A stretch of DNA of 64,000 bases from Octopus sinensis (lineage: Eukaryota). Below, piece after piece: positions 54,299-64,000 of this stretch; the first letter of the stretch is position 1; each line of letters begins with the position of its first letter. The notes under the pieces were generated by a model. The model had not been told where the DNA came from, did not search any database, and worked only from the letters and a program-made list of their open reading frames with translations. The DNA lies in NCBI RefSeq assembly GCF_006345805.1, contig NC_043000.1, positions 123,256,001 to 123,320,000 on the forward strand. Direction: 5' to 3'. The position numbers and the translations under genes are program-made.

Positions 54299-56590
54299 AG
54301 AATGCTGGGCGAGATGCTTAGCAACATTTCCTCCGTCTTTATATTGTGAGTTCAAATTCCACTGCGGTCAGCTCTACCTTTCATCCTTTTGGGGTTGATA
54401 AATTAAGTACCAGTTGAGTACTGGGGTCGATGTCATTGACTTATCTCTCCCCTCAAATTCCCAGCCTTGTGCCTATAGTAAAAAGGATTATTATTATCAT
54501 TATCATTATTATTATTATTATCATTATTATTATTATTATTGTGCTTTTGTTTCCTAAATATACATATTTCTAAAAAGTAAAATCATTACAGATTAATTGA
54601 TATCATTTCCTACAGAAACTTCAAACCTTATATCACTTTCTCAGTTCAACTTAGACTCAATTTTGTGTAGTCCTGAGATTTAAGATCAGACACTTCTTAC
54701 TAATCAAGTAACATGCTACATACCCTGAAATACTGTTTTAGATACAGAATAGCATAGTTTGTAGTAATTAATTATATTAATGGAAAGCAACAAGACACAG
54801 CATGTCAGTTTTATACAAATATTTTTCTAAATAAGGGACCATTCTGAATATGTACATCACTTAACTCTGAATGAATTAGAATGAATAGCTTCAAGCAGAA
54901 TTGCTTGTTTCACTGGTAAAGTGTAGAGGATTGAAGAGTACTCATGTACAATAAATATCTTGTAGGTTGAGTAGAGTAGCAGTACCAATAATCTTTTCGG
55001 TATTGATCACTACTTTTTCTAGATTTTTATGTGAGGATGATAACAAACTGAGTTCATAAAAAGCAACTCCAACACACAGTGATAAAATGCCTTTCTTCAA
55101 CCTATCATTACTAAATTTGATACTCTTTAACTTCCAGAGGATATTAAGACATGTCGAGCTTTTTCACAATCAAGAAAGGCTGTCTGAAATAAAGCTGTTT
55201 GACACCTTTGTACTGGATTTTAATGAGGTTATACTTTCCTCTGTGCTTTCTCTAGTCAAATTTTATCATTGGCAATTCTTAACGTTTATGTCTATGTTGT
55301 TGTTATATCATATCTTTAAAGTGATTGGTGTTACATAACCATTTCACTAGTTACAAGCAATAGCAATCTCCAATAGTTAGGCAACTGTCATTGCATGAAA
55401 CATTACTACAAGCCTCACAACTGCAATCTAAAATATTACACTGAGTTTTTACATTCCTCTTAAACAACATTTTTCTCATCATAGTTATACAAATGACAGA
55501 ATAAATTGGATTTATTTGGCTAGCTTTGGTTAATATGATAAAGCTGACTTTTTATTTTTGTTTAATAAATCAAGTATTTGCAGTATGCACCACAAAATGG
55601 TTTTAAGCCCTCAGGAAACCAAGTCTACTCTGCAGGGCTGATTACAAGCTATTTCATATTTTATTTGTAGCTTGAATCATCAACTCAAGAAAGTTGCACT
55701 CAGTCAAGCTAAATAGTTCATTCCACATTATAGGGGAAACAAAGATTTTAATATTACCCTATTAACAGTTACAGAAGGAAGATAGTAAATATATCTATAA
55801 AGACCTTTTTTTTAACTAAGAAAGGCTAATGTATTCACATTCAATAATTTGAAGATGCTCAAAATTTTTTCTTAGGTGTCAATAGATTACTTGACTTAGT
55901 TACTGAAATCGAATTTCTCTACATTTAGAAAAGTTGTTATAGTGATTATTTCATATTCTAAAAGTTTGATGATGTTGAGAAAAACAATTTTGTGTTTTCA
56001 ATTTTAAAAATGTATGGTAAATACTGGAAAAACAATTAATTCTAATAATGTTAAAATTCACATAGATTACAATAAGTTACTGTTTCAATGTGATGATAAA
56101 TTGTTCACTGACTAGATTTTCTTTTTATTCATTTATTATAGTTTATTTTATTTTAGTATACTATTGAACTTAAACAATTTTATTTTCATTTTGTCATAGG
56201 GATTGTTACCTACATTGTTCTTTAGAGCTCAATCATTATTATAGTTTTAGCTAGACAATTAGTTCTACAAAAATTTTGGAATAAGCCTATGATTTCATCT
56301 TCAGGAGCTTTCTTTCATAGATGCAGAAAGTTATAAAATATGAAAAAAAAAATCATGATATACTTCTATATCTCTGAGCTAATTTTACCATCAAATGCAC
56401 TGTCTCAAAAACAATATCAAATATAATGTCTTTCGTTGTTGCTGTCACTGTTTATTATTCTCGATAGAAAAATGCTCATGTCACCAAGTTTTCATGCTTT
56501 GTCTTGCCACCTCATGAACTTGCATGCCAGTTTCCTTGCTTTGGTTTATTCATTTAATTTTCTTTTTCATCTTTTCACCTTTTCTGGAAG

Positions 56591-56656
56591 ATCTCCTCCC
56601 TTTTATATTGAACTTAACTGTGGAAAACGTCAACAGTATTTTTTACAATTCAGAAG
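56591..56656 (+). CDS. Candidate 66-nt cassette exon (DLLPFILNLTVENVNSIFYNSE)
   Basis: Long pyrimidine tract with upstream TGCATG (56521) and TGC motifs; non-optimal gaAG acceptor; AAG|GTAGCA donor; 3n, 22 codons open in phase 1. Confidence 0.35.
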
Positions 56657-58292
56657 GTAGCAAAATTAATCTATAATTATACCTTTTTAAAACTTAAGAC
56701 TACTTTTCTAAAGTTTAGAGTATTTATCTTCAAAATAAAAATAACTGTTTTGAATTTAAATACCATTATCATAAAACAGCATATTCTATGATTAGGTTTC
56801 AGTACTAGGGCAGTGAGGAAAAATATTTAAAGAATTACATTTTTTTCCCAGCTAAAAACATTTGTCTTCACATAGAAATTATTCCTCAACATTTCCAAAG
56901 TAAAAATATAAAAATGTCATTGCTACTGACAGCATTCTCTGCTTAGATCCTGTAAATAAGTATATATTGCTTTCCTAACATTTCTACATTTTCTGAAATA
57001 TTCTCAAAAGTAACAATAAACTTTCTGAAATTGTAATTTATTTACTATTACAATTCTAAGATGCTAACAGAAATTAGTTTTGCTTATAAAGTTATCTTTA
57101 CTCATCTATCTTCAATCAAAATTTACATTCAAATATGTTATTACTTCATTCTTAGCTAAGCAAATAATTGAATAATAATATAACACTTACATTATGGCCA
57201 TACTAATTAGACAAAACAGATTCTATTTTCTGCTCTATAAACGTTATTTCTAAAAAATTTTTACACAAATGCATTCATTATACATTATCACATCATCATT
57301 GTCATTATGATTGTTATCATTATCTACAACAATAGCAAATACAACATTTTTACATCTATTTTTCCATGCTTGCATGGGGTGGATGGGTCATCAAGGACTG
57401 AGTCTATTCATATTTGCAGTTATAGCTCTTTTTAGGTAGTTTGGGGATGATATCTTGCTCATATGTACTCTTTTTGCTATATTTTCTATGATTGGATGTC
57501 TTTCTTATTACCAACTACTTTACAGAGTGCACTGGGGATAATTTTTGTGACAGTAGTACTAGATTGTTTGTAATATTCTCAGTAAAAGTAAGAAGTTAGG
57601 TCTACCCTACATTATCACCATTCATTCACAGAATGTACAAGATATGTTTTATCATGCCACCATCTCTAGAAGGATTGCTTTGCCCCAGGGAAGAAGTCTC
57701 TCTACCCTATATTATCTTCATTCATTCACCAGTATCAGAGGTTTGCCTCATTCCTGACCAATAGAAGAGAGAATGATGAAAGCAGACAAGAATGAGAAGG
57801 TAAAGAAAGAGAGAGTAATGAAAGACAAGGGTGCTAGGGAGAGAGTGGTTGAGGAGAAAGTAAAAGAAGAGAGAGATAGAAAGAATAATAAACATGATAA
57901 GATTTTCACTAGAAACAGCATGAGTGCTGGCTGTGATGTTGAAAGAGTGGGGAATAAAAAGGAAATAGAATTATAGAAGGAGAGAAAGAGAGAGAATTAT
58001 GGATGTCAACAAAGAGTGAGAATGAGAGTGATGGATGTCAGTAATTTGTGATAGAAGGGATAGTAATGGAGAAGAGTGAGTGCAGTAAAGAAGTGATGGT
58101 GTGTGGAAGATTGAATACAGACAGATCCAATATCTTGTTACACAGGTAGAATGATAGAATGAAAGTAATGTGTGTGTGTGTGTGTGCATACATACACATT
58201 TTAAAAGAATATAAAAGTATATTTTGTATACTATAAAAGTGAAGAAAATAATGAATTTACTAGCAGCTCTTTTAATTAAATCTTTATCACAG

Positions 58293-58331
58293 TCCTTTTA
58301 CATTACTTCTTTATAATCTCAAAAGAAAATG
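58293..58331 (+). CDS. Candidate 39-nt cassette exon (VLLHYFFIISKEN), or 6-nt form 58326-58331 (EN)
   Basis: Consensus donor ATG|GTGAGT; both upstream AGs (tctttatcacAG 58291-92 and aaaAG 58324-25) give 3n, stop-free phase-1 exons. Confidence 0.5.
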
Positions 58332-58859
58332 GTGAGTAATAATGAGTGTTGTAAGAAAATTATTTCAGTATTTATTTTCTCTTACTTTACTTCTTCAGAA
58401 AAGTATTAATTTATTTATTCAATTCTTCAAATAACCCTACCATGATAGTTTAAAGTTTTCCTGGGAAAATATATTTTTGGTGGGAATATTGATGCTGTTG
58501 CATTGTTTCTCTTTTTTTTTGTAATTATTGGTGCATGGATGTTGCTTTATTCTACTGTTTTGTTATATTTATTGTAAAACTTTGTTGTTGCTCTTTAGTG
58601 AATTGTGTTATATGTTTGTGCTACGTTTGGTGTTTGTAATAGCATGCTACAACATTAGATTGCACTAAAAAAATAATACTGAAATTTCAAAAAGCTAATT
58701 TAGTGGTTTAGTTTAGTTTTCTTCTGTAATTTAAAAAGAATCCCCAAATAATTACATGAAAGCAAAGAAAGAATATGCTAACTCTGAAATAACATTACTT
58801 AATGCCAATAATTTGTGTATAAATTAGATCCAAAAAGAATTAAAGCATTAATCTAAGCC

Positions 58860-59830
58860 TCTTGATCTAAGGACTCATCTCTGATCAGAAAAGCAGAGGC
58901 AGGTGTAAAGCATGTACAAGTATTGTAAAACTTAAAGGGTTTATGGGTTATATAAGAAGGGCTGAGAGAGGACACCCAAAAATTATCAGTCTTTAGATCA
59001 AAGGATTGCACAGTTTGAGAATAATATGTATTAGTAACAAAGGGCACAGAAACAATTACATTGGATAAGTTCATTGAAGATTGATTGAAACTGTCAAGCT
59101 CTAAATAGCAAAGTACATTACAATAGTGACATAAGACACAGACAGCTTCTTTGCCACCATGAGGTGTAACAAGAGCGAAAGCTTTGAAGGGAAGGTTAAT
59201 AAAGTAGATTGTTTTCCTTTTGATGTTGTCAGTGCTAGAAGGCAGTGCACTATCTCTGATATGAAAACAGCACTCCATATTGAGGGATATTTAAGCCTTG
59301 TGAGGAACCAAAACATAGTTGTTTTTTTACTTGTAAAGGATCGAAATCATTTGAATCTAGTTGAGAATATGAAATTTCCAGGAGAAACCTCTATAGATTA
59401 TATTAACCCTAATATGTGTTAATCAGGAGAAATAAGGATGTTTAAGGCAGTTTTCTTCCCTGGATATGACACAACTTCAGATAGAATTATTGATAGAAAG
59501 TGTAGATAATTACAGCATTGAGAGAATCAGATATAGAAGTACAAAGTCACAGGGAATAGCATTTACATATGAATAAATGGTGTGATTTGATAATTGGAAA
59601 AAGTTTACCGATATAGAAGTAAAGGTCAGATTAAATACTGACACTTGAGGAACCTTTAACTGATGGTACATCATTTACACAAATAGATATGATATAGTCA
59701 AGGAAGAAATCCCTAAAGCATTTAATTACATAGAGGAATATATTTGGTAGATACACCATTATCATTAGAATGTTTTACACCAAGAGAAAGAAAGAGACAA
59801 GTAGAAAGAATGAGAGAAATTCAAGTAGCC
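58860..59830 (-). mobile_element. Highly decayed LINE (APE/RT region, L2/CR1-like); similar old remnants near 25560-27130, 30380-31080, 35830-36110, 57770-58170
   Basis: Purine/pyrimidine-skewed, higher-complexity blocks with broken frames; HGG..AV motif reminiscent of APE endonuclease. Classification tentative. Confidence 0.4.
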
Positions 59831-61980
59831 CTTTTCAGATGGCTGTTAAATATGTTTTCCTAGATGTATATTCAAACGTTTAGAGTGCAGTTAACAGGAT
59901 GATAGTTATTTTCCAGAATTTAGTCTCTCTTCATATAGTCATATTTCAAAATAGCGTTCTGTTTCACCCTTCAACTAACCAGTTAAATAAAACCAGTACC
60001 AATTATATATTGAATTCACCATTATTAAAAACTGTCTCACTCAAGGAATTATTTATTTTAATTTGGAAGATTATATGCAAGTCTAAGTATATCAGCTCAT
60101 AGCACATATGAAATTGTTTCACAAATGAATACATTTGATTAATTAACGACCCTTTCACATATTGGTTATCCACAAGAACCATGAGCAGCTGAAAAAAATA
60201 TTACAATAACAAAAAAATTCCAAAGAATAGCAGCATGCACATACAGCAAAAGAAAATACTTTACACAGTCAAAATATTGAAAATCAAGAAACTTTAATTC
60301 AGAAACCTAAGTGGAACTCTGCTTTCTTATATCAGTTTCATATTTTATCCTAATACGTAATTTTTGATATTTAACATTCTATTAAAGATGAAAAAGATGA
60401 CCTTGAGAGACATTAAATTTAGAAATGTATTTTTATTCTCAGAATTTATTAATGAACTTCTATACAGTATATAATTCATACACACGCATGCGTGCACACA
60501 CACACACATATGCACACACACACACACACAAACACATGCACACATGCATGTATACATGCATACATACATACATACGTACATGCATAACATGATGGCTGCA
60601 ATGCAATGATGAACAGCACAGATGTGGCCTTTTAATCTTGCTAGGGATCTACACTCTTTTACACAGATGTAGCAACAAAAGATGACTCTTACAACTACCA
60701 CACACACAACATATGCCTTCATTCTATCATGGAATTTTCATTGAGTGTTTTTACTTTTTCAAGCTAATGCCAACTATATTGAGATAGATGTTAATAAACA
60801 TGTTAAAAATCAAGTGATGCCTATACCTGAAGTTTTTTTAAATGAGGAAAGGCCTTACACAGGACTAGTCCCATTCTGAACAATGCATGCAATTGCCCCA
60901 AAAGAAGAACTAGTTTACATAAGTGAATGCAAAGAAAGTCACAAGTGTTACATCAGAGTTTTCCTAAAACTAAGAGAAATGTCTAAGCAGAGATTGCGGC
61001 TCTCTCTCACTCCCAGCTATGAGATGGCAGTCGACTCCACTGAATTCTCTGCCCTTTGACAGTTTTTTTTTCTTCTGCTGGGTGACCAACAAAAACCATC
61101 TTCCTTACCAAGCAGGGTAACTGGTTTAGTGACCAAAGGCCTGGTCATGCAGCAAGTTGTACTGGGTTACATGTTACCAGTAGCACTGAGAGTGACCCAA
61201 CATATATTGATACATATATATAGGCACATATACATATAAAGTAAGAAAGAGAAAGATAGATAGATAGACAAAAACCAGATGGACAGACAGTTAAATAGAT
61301 GCATGCATATGTACATTTACAGCCTATTTTTATAAGTGTGTGTGTATGAATTAGCATCATTAATTCATATTTTCACTTCAGTTAAGTTTTCTATAAGGTA
61401 TTAAAGCAGAATAAATTATACATATTCTTTAAAGTCCTCCTCAATTTATAGTCAAGGCACTTATAAATACTGCATCAATCATCTCCCTTCCTATTCTAGT
61501 GAACTGTAGCAATTATTTTATAGCAAACACAGTCACAGCTATATTCTCCAACAGTGAGTCATAATTATATGATTTTACTTTGGTATTTAGATTTAGTATT
61601 TCTCATGTATTTCACACTTTCACTCGCTTCCTGAAATATTTTTATTTATAATCAATGACAAAGTAATTTTAAAAATTTATCATAAATCAAACTAGCAAAT
61701 ATTTTTCTCCCCCCTTTCCTTCTATTTTTTTCTTTTTACACTTTGAAATATGCTATTAATCATTTCTTTCTAAAAATACAAAATTCATTTTATTCTATTG
61801 TTCTTTGATATATTTGGGAAAAAAATATTTAACAAGCATTCGGTCTCCAAAACCTCCAAAATTTTTAGATATACTGCAGATAATTATAGGCCTGATAGAA
61901 GTTCCTATTTTCCAACTTAATTAGTAAAATAAGTGCCAAATTACTGCTAATAAATTTGTTTATAAATTATGATATATATA

Positions 61981-62023
<43 letters not shown>

Positions 62024-64000
62024 ATATTATAATTATATATAGCTTCTGTTCAAACAAATTTACACTATTTAGCACTTTCATTAATTTAAAAAGGATTTTT
62101 CCTTATGTCTTCATATAACTATTTTGAAATGTTATTTAACATCAATCATTCAATTTATATAGTGAAAAATAAATTTAAAATTCATTTCTTCTTAAAAATA
62201 CTTCTAAAAGCTTAATATTGTTTTGTGCTTGTTTTTTTTTTATTTTTTGTAATTGTAGAATATAGATAGAACCATAAATTATTAACTATATAATCTGCAT
62301 TTATAAAACACATGTCCATTACACAGTCATATACGCACATACATATACATTGAAATTTAATAAACAGAATATATATTCTTTACATGCACATAATCTTAAA
62401 TCTTATTTGCCATCAATTCTATCCCAGCTCTATAGTTGTTATTAACATCCTATGGAACATTCAAAAGATAGTTATTCATATGATGAATTGATCCTATCTT
62501 GCCAAAATCTTCTGGGCCTGGTTTATCTTTTTGTTGTGTTTATTGTATCTCTTTTAACATATCACCATACACTTTACTCTCCCAATTGCACATCTCTCTC
62601 TTTCTCTCTCTCTCAGTTACACACACACACACACACGAGTTCTTAATTCTGAGTGCTGTGCTATTACCAATGTATACCCTCTGAACAATAAACTCTTCAG
62701 AATTTCATATAGACTAAACTAAGATCATTTATTTCATTTTCTCTCTAAGGTGAAGTAGATAAGCTGAGAAATATTCCTCTATTAGAGATATAAGAATTAA
62801 AAAATGTATTTCTTTAGTCAATATAGCTGTAGATAAATAATGTCATGTTGACATAATTAGCATTGGAAAGGGCTTCTAATTTGTTTTAGTAGTGCAAGTA
62901 GGTACATGAATTTAAAAGCTTATTCAACATGGACTAATAAAACAGAGTGAAAAGAAATTTATCTGAACTTTGCTTAATATAAATGATCTCTCAAATGACA
63001 TTATCACAATTATTAAGATGTGATATAGCATTCTTCATTAAGACAGAAGTTCTATTTTCAACAGCAAACTATCATTACCCAAACTTTGTAATAAGTCCAG
63101 GAACAAAAACACTAATTCTTGATAAAGACTTAAGCATTATGAATCAATCTCTTGGATGCAAAGTTTGATGAAGATATTTTAGAAATATTACATTCTTCTC
63201 TTAAGTGTGCATCTTTTTATTTTCCAAGTAACAGGGCTTCAATGTAATTACCATCACTGAATAACATTTGATTACTTGAATATGAGCCATTATATCAATT
63301 TTTATGATAAGCAAAGTATGCCATTGCAAAAAGAACTCTATTCCTGTTTGTTGTTTATCACGTATTGTATAGATACCACATAACAGAATCAGAAGTACTG
63401 CCACTATGAAGAGAAAAAGCACACTTCTAGTGAAAACTTGCAATTTTTTCAATTTGAATATCTAATTAAACCATACAAAGTACAGAGAAACAAACATACT
63501 TTATTTTAAAATACAATAATAAACAGATTATAGTTACATATTCTAAATAGGAATTATTAAAACAAATTATCTATTTTTAATATTTTTCATGCAACCTAAA
63601 TTTGTTTAATTTTATGAAAGGAAAGTTTCACAAATATATTGTATGTGTATATTATAAATCTACTTTATCAATTAAAAATTATATGCTACATATTTTTTTC
63701 TTAAATTGCAATTACTACATATCAAAATTATATCATTCAGCCATTTCAATATCAAATACACTTTTGAAGTGTGTGTGTGTGTGTGTAATTAATAGGTGTA
63801 CAACTATCTCAACTAAAAGAAAGAGAATAATATTTGTTAACTAAGAATTTTGTTATAGGAAATGGAAATTGAGAAACCTTGTACTGTAGGATTTTTTTGA
63901 AATGGAATTTGTATTAATTTAGCTTACACATCTGTAAAATAAGAATCCACATAATACCCTACCACAAAAAGTGATAACTGTATTTTATTAATTCACACAC

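Noticed and set aside
55138-55227. 90-nt segment (same length as vertebrate SS4) open in phase 0
   Set aside because: In the required phase 1 it stops at 55185-87, and the donor GTTATA is weak.
23534-60356. Further 3n, stop-free AG..GT pairs: 23534-23548, 24940-24945, 27510-27521, 29945-29959, 31283-31294, 37378-37422, 38303-38329, 49143-49160, 52151-52186, 60336-60356
   Set aside because: Each has a weak donor or lacks a pyrimidine tract, consistent with chance; still worth including in a junction library.
62750-62795. Strong acceptor reading GEVDKLRNIPLLEI-stop
   Set aside because: No frame-preserving donor and no similarity to the expected next neurexin exon.
4300-63844. Dozens of YIYI/CVCV/HTHT/poly-I/poly-L ORFs in the ORF track
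   Set aside because: They are translations of microsatellites with no coding signal.

Overview
Very AT-rich, microsatellite- and retroposon-laden animal genomic DNA; the SINE/RTE repeat set looks like octopus (taxon assignment is inference). Nearly all ORFs in the supplied track are translated (TA)n/(CA)n/(ATT)n microsatellites. The window lies inside a + strand neurexin gene. Two clear coding exons (16560-16738, 20771-20942) encode the first two-thirds of the sixth laminin-G (LNS6) domain. The second exon ends in phase 1 at the position homologous to vertebrate splice site 4 (SS4). The next constitutive exon (expected G-[RK]-Q-L-T-x-F-N-S-Q-like) was not found, so this intron appears to exceed 43 kb. 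Within it I see a series of short, frame-preserving (3n), stop-free, phase-1 candidate cassette exons ending in G|GT. The best are 30137-30160, 41629-41646, 42963-42998 and 58293-58331; weaker ones are at 25195, 43564, 50011, 56591 and 23534. This suggests a combinatorial microexon array at neurexin SS4. It was found by eye and needs RNA-seq confirmation. Mobile elements include a decayed Penelope-like element, a DD36E Tc1-type transposon, CR1/L2-like LINE pieces, a young 5'-truncated RTE LINE with a PHD-like finger, many tRNA-derived SINEs, MITEs and a 300-bp fold-back element.
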